DNA of 47,403 bases from Patellaria atrata CBS 101060 (Eukaryota). Numbering within the stretch: position 1 is the stretch's first letter; every line of letters starts with the position of its first letter. This document shows positions 12,553 to 25,886 of this stretch, one piece after another. The translations under genes were made by a program, and so were the position numbers. The stretch lies in NCBI GenBank assembly GCA_010093705.1, contig MU006097.1:858298-905700 (forward strand), in the 5' to 3' direction. Below the pieces are notes generated by a model that saw only the letters and a list, made by a program, of their open reading frames with translations, was not told where the DNA came from and did no database searches.

Positions 12553-15154
12553 TCTTAGGTTCGCAAGGCTGAGTTACTGCCAGGTGGTTTATGAAGCTGA
12601 TAAGATCCTACTATCAACCGATTGGTGTGGGAAAATACTACGTTATGTTTCATTTCTAGGAAATCAAAACTTACGGAGAAACAAACGGCTTCTTATACAT
12701 ATGCTGAGTTGCGTTATAAAGAGATAAAATACGTAGTCGCAACAGTTTTCAAAAGTCCACAAAAGTTTCGGCCAGCAAGGCGCAGGACAGCCTCACATAA
12801 GCAGTATGCATGCTAAGGGGATATGTTCAGATGGGGGACAAGTTTCGGTCAGTGCCAATTAGCCAAAGGTAAGAAATAGTTCTCAACTTCAATAGTACCC
12901 TGCTATAGCCTGATACAGAACCCTTTCGATGCAAGAATCTGCCCTTAGTTTTATTGGCTTATACCATAGAATATCCAAGAACTTGATAGGACCAGGATTT
13001 GGACCTGCGAAGGAATCAAGAGGGCACAAAAGTTTCGATCCAATTATATACGATCATGGGATAAGGTGATCCTAATAATCGTCACATTTTATTTCCTCAT
13101 ACTAACTTAATGGTTCGAAAGTCCTCAAAGGAATTTAAGACCAGTTGATAGCAGATATAAAAATGGGTTCCCGCACAGCGCTTCTTTACATCTTCAATTC
13201 AGATCATTCCGACTGCAAGATAAAGTGACAATTATTACTACAGATCCAAGTCTACGGTTCGCCCCCAACCTTATAGATGCCCTCTACTAGAAGGAAGGAC
13301 AAAAACATGACGGGGAACAATGGCCCATCCCAGAAGCACGGTGAAACAGAGACGACTTCGAGTACCGTCGCCAAGGTACTGTTGACTATTTCCTGGATGC
13401 TCGTTGTCGATAGAACTCTGACAGTGTTGGTTTATCCAGGACCCAACTCCAAAGGGCCAACCCTCTCTAAAGATCGGTCCCAAACCATCAGTCCAATATG
13501 TCCAAGTTCATCGCGATTGGTTGAATAAAGGCAGTTTTGATGGGGAGATTTGCAAATCTATGGATCCAAACGTGAGTGTTATGATGCAAAGATAGATGAG
13601 GGAAGGGATGAAAGAACAACCTTACCATACTATCGGCCAAGTTGTATCGCTACCCGATATGCCCTATGCTTCAGCTGTAACGAACAATAATGGCGAGCAT
13701 TAGATGCACCGATCGTGGTAGGTTTGGGGGAACGTTCAGAGTTCTCGTCGATGATCCTGTGACTAGCGAGAAGAGTCGTGGCTGCCATTTGGTCGGTATA
13801 GGAGAATTGTTGGTCTTCTTGAGACGTTTAAGTTTTGAACTCATCTATTGTGGTCGTTGTGCGTTTCGCGCTCGAAGATCTATATACAAACCAGAACGTA
13901 TCGATCCTTCTGTTGGGTGTCCCTAACACCTCCTTGGATGTTCCTTTTTGTTTAGTGAAAAGATACTCACATCTCCTCTGTTTACTGAAAATTTTCTAGC
14001 CGATGTCCCCCCTTTTCTTTCAAATTTCGTAGCTGTACTTTTTGCTTAGAACATCTATATCTGAAGGATCGACGACCGCAAGCGAATTAAGAAACAAATA
14101 CAACCGATCTACAATCGACAAGTGTCTAGATCATCAAAATGCTGAGGATCTGGTGGGTAGTTTAGAATTCGAAGGTGGGAAATGAGCATATAGCAAGCAT
14201 GCGGCATAATAACAGCATGATCATGAGGAATGAAGTGCTACCCAGTTTACCTAAGGTATCTAACTGCACATGAAAAGCATATGTGAAAGGAGCTGCTGCA
14301 AGCACCTACTCAATCATGCTTCTTCACCTCTCATATTATCAATTGCATAGCTGACTACGCTGACTTCGACTGAGATGAAAATCTTTGCGTTACCTTGCCT
14401 AGCGTAGTTCGACAGAGCTCGACGACCTTTAATCTCTTAGAGACTCCTTGCCTGGAGAATTCCTTGCTCTTGATTTCGTATGAACGGTGTATGGAGTTTC
14501 ATAAATAGTAATAATTATCGACTTCAGGGCACCGTCTCTTTCATTGATTGTAGTATTTTCACGTCGACATGAGACATCGAATAGGTAGAACTAGCGGTGG
14601 TTCTAGGCCTAAGGTAGACTAAGATAGTTTAGTACGGCACTAACTCGTCTCTATTTCCACAGCATCTTTCTTTCTCCTTTACGAACCTAACTTCTTACCG
14701 ATAAATCTACGCGACCGACACATTGACCCGCACTCTATCATTACGGTAATGTGCATTAGCGACCTGGCGTTCAAAAATGTGCGCGTTATACTTTGATCAT
14801 AAGAATAGCTAGAGCAAGTCGAGCAACCAGAAGAGCGTAGTCTGACATGATATGATGTATTGTGGCAATTGCAAGCAAATGATAGAAACAATGGCGCTGA
14901 CAACGAAAGAATATTCGATCATATTATCCCTTCCCTTCAATTTACCATCATTTCAATCCTCAGGATATCGTCATTCGACCTGGTTCGACTCCGAACGAAA
15001 GAGGGTAAAAGAATTTCAATAGATTTGCAACGAGCGGGTGGAGTTAGAAACTTTTAGCGATAAAAGGAATAAAAAGGAAACCAGAGCTTCACATGTTAGG
15101 AGAGACCCATATCAACCAGACTGAGTGGCCAAAGGGGTCTTTTTTTTCATCCAA

Positions 15155-15779
15155 TCAATCGAAAGTCTCTAGAACATCTTCAAATAATATTTCCGAGCCT
15201 AACTTTTCTAATACCCGCCCGCAAGGAGAATTCTTATAAGGTAACATACCAGCTTCGAGAAGCCTTTCAGCACTCTTCATCATCTCTAGATCTTCACCGA
15301 TGACTACGATCAATTCTACAAGAGCTTATATAAGACAATATTTAGCGTCGAATGTTTCTAACAGCCGCTCAGCGTAATCTACTAGTAGGTAGTTCTTGTC
15401 ATATCTTTACAATGGTCCGTTGCTGATAATATTCTCAATATTTCCATTTCAGCGAACAGAGCTGCCGTCATAAGAAGATGCGGGCCCTGCAGACGAGGAC
15501 ACACGCTGTACTCCGTCCAGCGGTCTAGAAGCAGCCGAAGTACGTCATCATTATTGTGTGTGGTTGCAGTAGTTAAAGGTGTCCGCCCTATTATGTATTT
15601 GGCGTTGATATTGGCTCCATATTCTAAGAGCAAGGCCGTGAACTCCACACTATTCCTTTGCGCCGCATGGATGAGCGATGTTTTGAAGTCAACCCCAGCT
15701 GCTTCTGGGTCTCCTGTCCATTGGATGTCTAGTGCATTAGGATTTGCTCCTTGGCTGAGAAGCACAGCGACAGCACGGT

Positions 15780-15815
<36 letters not shown>

Positions 15816-17066
15816 CTAGCAGCTGCCAAGCTAAAGGAGTACGCCCTAGAGCATCAGCGACGTCTAGTGCCTCGGGATGAAGAAGAACTTCAGACTCTAG
15901 CTTCTGTAGAGACATCCCCAAAACTATCTTGTGGATCTGATTATAATTCTGGTCCTCAACCCAATCGCCCCCAGCTGTTAGACTTCTAATTGTTTCTTCA
16001 CCTTCTTTGGACGGGAACCTTTGCAGGATGAAATCGTGCGCTTTGTTCCTTGGACTATTATCATGGGTACCGATAGGTCTGTATGGACAAGATTAGCCGG
16101 CTTCCTCATTTGCCGATACTATTTTTGACTTTCTGGTTACGTACCGATAGTCAGGATCCGCACCTGCTTGAAGTAGAAATTTCGCTGTTTCCACTGTTTT
16201 CCGTAAACAGCCCACTATTATAATAAGCTTCGGGAAGAGAAATATGGAAACAATTAGGCGAGACGCTTCCGTGTAACACAGAATAGCCTCTGGTACTGCT
16301 TACGTCGCGGGGTGATGCTAAGCTACGCTTAAATAGGTCCTTGACCCATGGATATTCCCACTCAAAGCCAAATCAACACATTGAGCAGAATCGGGTACTC
16401 TGCGAAGAAAGCTCAGTTGCATATGTGGACCGACGTTAGGATGGTTGTCAATTGAAATCGAACGGTCTGGGACCAAAAAAATCCTAACGGAAACCCGTAT
16501 TCCACGCTGACATGAGAAGACTGAGCCTTTTCACGGCTGGACTGGTTACATTTTGGAGTCGAGAGTGGTAATTCAGCTTATTCAGCAAATACTTTACCGA
16601 ATACTTTGTCAACGATCGCGGGTGTACTGGACTTACGTTGTGTGTGGCACACACAGGAACAACCAGGCCGACATTTCGAACCACATTGTGTTAGCCTTAC
16701 TCCTACAGCGTCAACACGCGGAGAGTCTGTCGACTGCGTAGAGGCCGAAGATTGCCTGCGCGGGTAGGGTGGTCCACGGTAGGGCCCAATTTGGCTCTCG
16801 TGGAAGCGCTCTGCCTGCGACCTGAGCATATTCTCTACCTTGCCTAACCTCTCGTCAACTTGTTGATTTACTTGAGAGACAGATACCTTCAAGTAGTCCT
16901 GATGGTGGGCAATAGACCAAAGAAACCCTCCAGGCAACTGGCTTTGATCATGAGCTCTTTTCAAGGTGACGGTAGAAACTTGTCTGCTAACCTGGGCCTA
17001 TGCGTGATATGATATGTCTAATGGGTTGTCAATTCGTCAACAGCGATATTCAGCACTTTTACCATG
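15155..17066 (-). pseudogene. Ankyrin-repeat protein pseudogene (fungal family with a CRPGCSCVCH Cys/His motif followed by ankyrin repeats)
   Basis: Fragments CRPGCSCVCHTQRK, KAQSSHVSVEYGFPLGFFWSQ, LRRVPDSAQCVDLALSGNI, LASPRDVSSTRGYS, KFLLQAGADPDY, DALGRTPLAW, LLEYGANINAK..GRTPLTTA and C-terminal LFEDVLETFD* are spread over several frames with stops. The 5' boundary is approximate. Confidence 0.8.
15781..15813. repeat. Poly(C)33 / poly(G)33 homopolymer inside the ankyrin pseudogene
   Basis: 33 consecutive C on the + strand, translated as poly-Gly in ORF 15382-15921. Confidence 0.95.
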
Positions 17067-17763
17067 GCTTTTATATATGATGGGCACCGAGTAGGATGCT
17101 TAGGTCCGCTTTACTGTTTTTGTATCCTACTGTAAAGACTGCACTTGAGGTGCTCCTTTATGAACTGGTAAGCGGCAAAATTCGGTATCTTGCTACTATC
17201 GAAATAGGATATAGGCCATCCACAAACTACCTTTAGACTCGTTGACTTTGGTAGTTCGCTTGCTTTAAGACCTATTGAATGTGAGAGTCACTCTCAGCAG
17301 GTTGCAAACCTGACCGCTCCTCTCGCACAGTCGTAAGTTTATGTTCTATTCCTAAACCAGCAACTATGAGTGGGAGGATTGGCGGATTGAAAACCCTCTT
17401 GGGATGATTCGAGGGGAACCACAAGTGCTGGCTTGGTAAATGATCATATTTCTGCTAGGTAACCCCGCAAAGACAAAGAACAATGAGTTACACAGCGTTT
17501 CCTATCTGAACAGCTGAATCATTGGTGAGTATCTGTTCGAAGAGCCGGATTTCAAGCCCTAAATCCTTCGATCATCCTTTAAGAAACCACGCATGTTGTG
17601 ATTGTGAGATTTCCTTGTAGAACGATATAACAGGTGAAATTCGATTGACTGTCCCTATTTATTATTGTTTTCAACCCAGATATTTGTTGAACTGTTAATT
17701 AGTGGCTTTATTATCCAGTGGCTGTACACCGTACACAGCGAGAACATCTGGTTCCTTGCTACT

Positions 17764-20700
17764 ATGAGATTTGGTCGAAATCTGCATAAGTATCGGATAC
17801 CCGATTGGGTGGACAGCTACGTGAAGTATGATGGAGTAAGGAGGGATATCAAGCTTCTGAAGACCTCCATAGTAAGAGGGAGCAAGTCGAACTCTCAGCG
17901 TACCCATCATCCCATCCTGATTAAGTTATGTCGACTAATTAGATATTCAGACGTTGTAACTGAAATCAAGCAAGAACTTGAGCGAGTAGAATTATGCTAC
18001 CAGAACACGTAGGACGTAATTCTGCGGAAGGAATCTGTTCTGCTGCAGAGCTACGCGCCCTTTCTTCCCCTCTCAAGCGCTCAGGACATCAGTAGCATTC
18101 AAGCCTATGACTACGAACTAAAGGAAATACTAGCTATTTAAATTGAACTACGAAGAGATATGCAGAAAATACAATAGTTTGGCCGAGTGAATGCGAATGC
18201 ATTGGACAAAATACTTCAAAAGCTTTTAGACCTGGATCGTGGGCACAAAGTGGGATATCTTGAGGTCTACAGCCATGAAATTGCGTCTCATGTCCGATCT
18301 ATAAAAGGATCAGCGGAAATTGAGGAAGTAATTCTACCATTGAAGGACAGAATCCGACTAAAGAGCGGCATGATAAAGGGGATCCCTCTTTTCCCAAGAG
18401 CTTTCGGTCGCCGGCACTCCATCGACCAGGACGACTCGTTCGAATTATGCTATAGCGCAATCGGCCATGATGATCCACATATTCTTAGTGATACCCTAAG
18501 TGTGTAATCGATACAAAATATTTTCAAGACGCCAGAAGGGAACCGTTCCTTTTGGATTTGTTTCACTACTCAACTCACGTAGAATCTCATAAGTGCAAAG
18601 ATTACCTCCTCAATTTACTTTTCCGAGGGTCGAAGACTTCAACGTCTGATTCACATTCAACATATGTACATCGACTTGTTACCTCTATTGGTCATATTGA
18701 CGTTATCCACGAATGGGGCCACTGTGGACGATTTAATGTCGACCTTCAAGACGTTACCAGGTAAAAAAACAGCACTCCACGACTTTCTAGCTCAGCTTGA
18801 TCCGGAGTCAAGCAAAGTACTCCTGCATAGAGACGAACTCGGTCGAACTTCACTCCATTACGCCGCCTAGTTTAGATTGGTGGATGCAGTCAAAGCCTTG
18901 CTTAAATATATTTGAAAGTGGGAACTTCTAAGTGAGCAAGTGAGCTTGCACTGTAGCACGTTCAAAGACTCTGAGGGCCATACGCCGTTGCACCTCGCCG
19001 TTATCTATGATCATCCAGTTATCGTGAGAGACTTGCTATTGTTCTCTAGTCCATGGGATTCCGAGATTCTGAAAGATATTCTGACCATATCTATTCTCTC
19101 TGGTAACATTGAAATTTCGGAAATGCTAATAAAGTCAAAACTTACCTACTGCGTCCGAAAATCTGAAGAGACAGCGCTTTAAACAGCATCACGTTCAGGT
19201 TGCGCCGCTACCGTGAAACTCTTACTTGATACCAGACACAGACAAGAACTGAATGTTCCTAAACCAAGGTATAGCCTAACGCCACTGATGATAGCATGCA
19301 TTTATGGCCACTCAGACATTGTAGATATACTCCTCGCATCAGGCGCGGATCCGAAACCGATCGATCCTTTCAGTCTCTCAGCTCAAGACTATGCAGCGTA
19401 TAGCGGTTTCTTGTCTATCGCTGGGAAGCTGCGATTATTTGAACGCGGCTTGCATAGTCGCACTCCGAACCATGGCCGAAGGATTGCTAAGCCTTTATGG
19501 CGTCCTAAGACTATCCCTCTAAGCAAGATATTCGTCAACCTGGGCACATTGAACACTAAGAAAAGGGTTGATACTGTAGATCTAGGTCCTTATTTACAGA
19601 GGTACCCTACTAACCCATATCCTGAAACCAGCTTTTCAGTATCTATCTCTGGGATCGGAGCGGCAGGTTTTATTGAACCGATTCGGCTACCAATTCTAGA
19701 TGATCGAGGGAGTTTCCCTTCGCTCTTCTTAGCGGAGGAACTAGAAAACGCAAAGCTTGTATTTAACATTTCTCGTTTCACGGTCACTATGCTGGAACCT
19801 GGTAAACATATTGGCACTGCAATTGCTCTATTATCCAGCTTAAAGCAAGGACTAGGCGCAGATCGCGAGAGCTCTATACGAGATTATACTATTCCAATAT
19901 ACGGAAATGAGACGATGTGCTTTATGGCACCCTCAGCTTTGGCTTTATCATTGTGAGGCTATTCCAAACACTGACTCCCTTCCCATATACAACGGAGGAA
20001 ATTTGGGCTCCAGCTAGGCCAGCACCTATAGTTGGACATAGAGGTAGTACGAAATCAACATAGTGACGTTTAAATTAATCATTATGTTAGGAATCGGGCA
20101 AAACTTCCCTATTATTTCGCGACTGCAGAGAGGAGAAAATACGATAGAGGTTAATGAAGCTTTGCAATTGAGAGTGCTGAATCCACTAAGAGTTTCAACT
20201 AGCTCTTCCTTATTGTAATTAATTTGGGATTATCCTATGTGGAGGTAATGATTTTTCACTGTAATCATATGTAATTGAGCTAAATTCGAACCTAGTGCGG
20301 TTGGAACTCGTATTATCATTTTAAAATTCGTTATATTAATCAGAGAAAAGATGTCTAGTTAACCAGAGACCACGTACCCGTCATCTACCACGATCTCCTC
20401 GTCAGTGAGATCGACGCAGACATTGCCACACAGGCTCTCACCTTCGCTCAGGTAAACAACACCCTTTAAATTCATTCCCTTCATTAACATGACATCAAAT
20501 ATATAGTTCATGTATATTAATAAATCATAAGCCCCGCGAGACTTCCCATCGACGAATTTAAAAAAAATCCATAATACCCTAGAGCCGATCCGAAAGATGC
20601 GCTCACAATCTCTGAACTCGGTCAAGGATAGGAGCACACAAGACTTCGTAGACCGGATGAAAACGGCTTTCGACTATCAAAAGAAAGATTTTAAGGGAAA

Positions 20701-21360
20701 TACTAGGGGGAGTCACATCCATGCATCGTTTGCCACTTTAAAAGAGCTGCTGTGCTCACTTTCAGAGTACGTGGGTATTAATATCGAACCCAGTGAGTTC
20801 GAAATGAAAGATAGAAGAACTCAGCCACGATGAGAGCGCTGATAGAGTATAGAATATACCATCCTTTAGGAAGCAGAGGACTGGAAAATGGATCTCTTTG
20901 GGATAGAGCTAAACACCTTCGTCGACGCCATCCTGGAGAAGGTTTACGCTTTTGGAGGAAGAAGAGAAATCGTTTTCACATCCTTCTATTGCACAAGCAG
21001 CGAGCTTACCCGGTTCTCTTCCTCGACGAGTCAGGAGTTTCTCCGATAGGGGATGTCAGAGCGAGCAGTCTTCCAGAAGCAATCCATTTCGCGCGTTGCT
21101 AGAAGCTACTCGGGATTGTCATGTCTTTCGAGCCTTTTGTCATGAGTCCTACGTCGGTGGATAAAGTCAAGGAAGCCGAACTTGTTTGTGCTACCTTCGG
21201 GATCATGAATGAGGACCCAATCAATGCCAAGGTATGAGCAGGAGCTGAATTAGTTGTTCACGGAGGGAGGAGTGGTGACGTTCAAGGCTGCGCACGAACT
21301 AGTTCTAACTAGTACTGATTACTAAGGCTGCTGGCCTGACGGACAAACCAGGTTAGTTCT
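17764..21360 (+). pseudogene. GDE1: SPX-ankyrin-GDPD glycerophosphocholine phosphodiesterase (Gde1-like) pseudogene
   Basis: SPX N-terminus MRFGRNLHKYRIPDWVDSYVKYD; ankyrins (GRTSLHYAA, GHTPLHLAV, LTPLMIACIYGH); GDPD motifs IVGHRG, GENT, DV*LTRDHVPVIYHD, FKGNTRGSHI, DVRASSL. In-frame stops at 18010, 18139, 18175, 18505, 18868, 18913, 19180, 20356 and 21100, plus frameshifts. The 3' end is approximate. Confidence 0.9.
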
Positions 21361-21621
21361 TGAACTAGTACTGACTCTAGTTAATGGTTCCTTTTCTTCT
21401 CTCAACATCACACCTCCGCTCCCATTATCATTTACGTCTGGGGATATGGATCCTTAGATTGTCCGATAAGCTAAGAGATTACCCTCTATATCGATAAATT
21501 TTCAATTATCTCATCACAAGGTCAAAGCGAGCGCAATTCGCAGATGGAACAAAGGATTGAGTATTGATAACGAAGATGATATGATATCAAATTAATAAGA
21601 TGAGAAAAGCCACATGACACC

Positions 21622-23511
21622 CTATGCAAGCCAGAACCAGAACCTCTCAAGCCAATTTCTCGGGATTCGCTCAGGCCAAACCTCAGCATCAAGGGCTGCC
21701 TTACCGGTCCAAATATCAGCTTCGCTAGATTTGACAAATGATGAACGCTTCCAGACTCTGTAGAGGAGGTACAAGCAGAAATAGATAGGAAGACCGATAT
21801 ATGCGGTCAGGAAGTCGTCGATTAACCATCTCCCCTTTGTGAAAACGGCAAACCCATTGAAGATGATGATCATCGAGAAGAAGATAAGAGCGAACCAGGC
21901 GGTGTATGGCTGGAATGGAGTCTTGTAAACAAGTGAGTCACGGCTGACACCCTGAACTTCAAGGGCTTTCTTGAAGCGCAGGTACGCAATGCAAATCGAG
22001 CACCATGTTAGGAGCTGCGCAATTGTGGTAATATTTGCTAACCAGATGAAAACATTGTTGGCACCAGCAGAGACGCACAGGTATGTGAGCAGAGAAACTG
22101 ACGATGTGATACCAACGCAGTAGTACGGTACACCGCGCTTTGAGCACTTCAGCAAAAACTTCGGTGCATGGCCGTTCTGCGCAACCGCGAAGAGGTAGCG
22201 GGAGCCCGTGTAGAGGAACGCATTGCCCGAAGACGTTGCAGAGGTCAATATGACGGCATTAATGATTGAGGGTAGAGCTGGGATGCCAGCGCGGTAAATG
22301 GCAATGACCCACGGGGAGCGGGCAGCACCAGCACCGCCTTTCAAAAGTTTTTCCTCGTTTGAAGGAACTAGGACCCCTATAGCGAGTGATCCGAGGACAT
22401 AGAAGAACAGAATACGCCAGAAAACTCGACGGACTGCCTTGGGAATGTTGCGCTTTGGATCTGCGGCTTCACCAGCAGCCACTGCCACCATCTCGACACC
22501 ACCGTAACTAAAGGCGGCGTTGATGAGAGTTTTGAACAAACCGAGAAAGCGACCAGAGTCTCCAGTATCTATATATTCTTTCATAGCCCCAGGATTCTTC
22601 CAATATCGGAATCCCAGTCTGTCACGGCTCGGCCCACCTCCAAGGTCCAGAATCAGAGCCAGAATGAGCAGGCCAACGATGGTAATGATCTTGATACTAG
22701 CAAATATGAACTCAGCTTCGCCGTATATTGATACTGCAAAGATGTTTAAGAATATAATGATAACAATGATGATGCTGATCCAAGCGGCAATGTTGATTTC
22801 CTCATTCCAGAATTGGATGACTACAGCTGCGGCACTTATCTAAAAGGATTGTGAGCAAACGTTCTGTACCACCAAAAAAAGCCTATTACTAACCTCGACA
22901 CAGAGGATGATACTTGACGCATACCAATTATTCCAACCAACTGCAAATCCCATTGCAGGGTCTACGTATCGAGCACAGTATTGGGGGATGGCACCTGGGA
23001 GAGGAAGATATGTGCACATTTCACCAAGACACATCATCATTCCGTAGATTGCTAGACCGGTGAATGAGTAACCGAGAAGGACGGAGAGCGGCCCAGATGT
23101 AGCAAAAGCACTACCGATACCAAGGAACAGACCGGTTCCGATGGTTCCACCTAATGCGATAAACTGGATGTGCCTGGACTTGAGACTGAATGGGATGTTA
23201 GACATACGGAATTCCCCATATCTGAAGCATTATCCACTGCTATATTACTCCTAGCCCACAGTACGCTTACATCGTCAAAAGGTGCTACTAAGCAACAGTA
23301 CGAACCAGAAGATTGTACAGTACAGTTGCGCGACCGATCATAGGGAAATGCCCACTTACCCTCTCGCAACATAACCATATTCCTCAGCCGTTTGGACGTC
23401 TCCGTACAGATCAGTAGCCTCGTTGATGGCGACATCTTTTCTATTTGCGACGATATGTTCCTCAGTGGGCGACTCTGTACCGACTGTGTATTGATTCTTC
23501 TCCTCGTCCAT
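21622..23511 (-). CDS. Amino-acid permease (APC/YAT family, proline-permease-like); introns 23186-23359 and 22840-22893
   Basis: MDEEKNQ...EEYGYVARG|LKSRHIQFIALGGTIGTGLFLGIG...LGEM...GFAVGWN..CVE|ISAAAVVIQFW...YGEAEFIFASIKI...LGFRYWKNPG...AAFSYGGVE...SPWVIA...PFQPY; multiple TM helices; intact frame. Confidence 0.95.
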
Positions 23512-25886
23512 AATAGAATGACGGATATTTCGCCCAATAGCGTGAAGATTTGCTAGAGATATTAACCCAGGAAGATACACGCGGAGAGCGTCTGTTCACG
23601 ACTTTCCAGAGAGGAGAACCTGTGATACCGCTTCCACTCGGGTTGTCACGCTACTCTTATATCTGTGATACATCATCTCTAGTCGCGGAGGCCTGGAATA
23701 CACCCCAATGCTTTCTTCTAAGAGCTATCTGCATGCTTGCCTGGGCACTGAGAATAGATGAATGGTCTGGATTATAAAGAATACTATTCACAACCACTCA
23801 GAGCTCTCGTTTTCTGCATGGAAATAGCGAGGATTAAGCAGCCTTTCAGTGCGATGTGATAAAAGGTCTCTGATGTGCGTCCAATAAGTGGGTGATGCTG
23901 GCGACCCTGTCCACAATCTGGTAAACAACTGCATACAGTTCACTCGGCGGATTCAGCATATTTTGTGCAACACCGGTGGGTTGGCACGCGATGCCGCGAG
24001 GCTGCAATGCGGGTCTGGTTCGTCTAATGGAAAGGCAAATATATGTCCACCCACGCTTGCTGTGCCTGCTCAAGCTATATGATTTCCCTTTCAAGAACGT
24101 GGCCCGGACAGCTAGACAGGTGTGACTTGCATCCTTCATTTCCTCTATTCTTTACTATGCAGGACCTTTCACGATATCCTTTGTATGAGAAGGACAATTT
24201 ACGCGTAAACTCAATGGAATGATCAAATACTGTGGTGGGATTAAGCGTTCATTCCAAAAACAAGGGTGGTACCCATTCGTCAAGCAACTTGGCCTTGAGG
24301 TCTTGTGAAAGGAAAAGAGAGAGCTAAGCGCCAACAAGAATTGGCGAAGAGATATGCTTTGGAGCATCAAAGTTGCCGAGAACGCCCAGCTTCCTCTATT
24401 GGCTTATCACTACCTTATCGGGTCCCCAAATCATGCCAACAACAGGACATGAGGAAGCACGATTTCGTCCTACTAAGGATGTTATCGCAGCTAGAAGCTT
24501 GGTAAATGTTCTCGAATTATACTGCGTACAATGTGGTGTGAGTGACATGTACACGAGATTTCGTCCGTCTAGGAGAATAGTGCGTCTCTGATAGAACTCC
24601 AAGCTGATCAGAGTTGATAGGGATAGTAAGTGAATTACCGAGCGATCAAACTTTGTAAACAATCATATTCAAGAATGCAAAGTCAAGTAGATTGTGACCT
24701 TTATTAACCGGCTCTCACCACCACCACCAATGCACCTCCAAAGCATAAATTGATATCAAGGAAGAGATTGTGCACCAAACACTGAACTCGGCTTGCCGAT
24801 ACCCAGAAGGCTCCGATCCCTGCTCTGCAATAGTTGTGAAGCAGAGAGACACGGACAAGGCTATTGAGGTTGGGCTTCCGGATCGGGAATAGCACTCGCA
24901 GAATCATCGCATATCAACCAATTTGAAGTTACCAAAGGCAGTTCCCGCTCAGCTTGGCCAAGGACACAATGCATATATGGTTGGGCCTCGATCCTCTTAC
25001 TCGGTTGGTGGAAACTCTGGGGCCGACGATGCACGTTTTCTGTGGAACCGGTCATGGAGCAGTCATCCGGTTGTGAAACCTCGTACATGTATGTGGGCTT
25101 CTTAGCAGTGTTGCACATGTGTAAAACTATTAAGAACGTATATCATCGAATGAATGACCATTCCGCATGTTATTCCCAATGCTATGTTCAGATTGTAGTA
25201 GATTGGTGATGGAACGACTCAACCATAATCCGCACCATCGCAGCGAGGGTTTTACTTCAATCCTAAGCAGTATCTTCACTTGGACTGGCGTGATATAATC
25301 CCTCAGAACAAATTCCTCATTCGCCCGTGGACTTTCGAAAGTTTATTGACAGCCCAGAACGCAGCCATGAAACCTCGGGATGGGATATTAGTGGCCATCA
25401 AGCTATACTCTACTACCTGGATTTGGAAGTTGAATCGAGGAGTCCATGTACCGCATAAAATAGACGCATATTCGGTAAGCAGAGCTTGTGGGGAGGGTAC
25501 AGGCGGTAATTTCCTGACAATCTACTATACTTCTTGAATGGAATCAAGTAGATGCATCACTGAGAATGTATGGCTTTATGCTCTACTACGATACTCCTCC
25601 AGTTTAGATTACTAAAATCATCGGTTGTCGTCTCCTCGCCCTCAGTTCATCATCAAAGCATCACTGAGAGCTTAGATGTACAAGTCCGGATCTCATAATT
25701 GTCATGGGGATGTCCCTTTACCACCAGTGTTTGGCTTGCACTCACAGCCAAAGACTTTCTTGGACGTATCTCTATAGGAGGATTGAATAACGAAATGTCG
25801 TATAATTAGTGCTTTTGTTCTCCTATACGCCTCCTATAGACGGGAGGACATCTCTCATTCAGTGCTTTCGGGTCTCCAGAGCTTCT

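Noticed and set aside
13270..13930. Possible coding remnant on the minus strand (..DELGHIGLMVWDRSLERVG..)
   Set aside because: Frames are short and interrupted and I cannot assign a family. Mentioned only as part of the decayed block.
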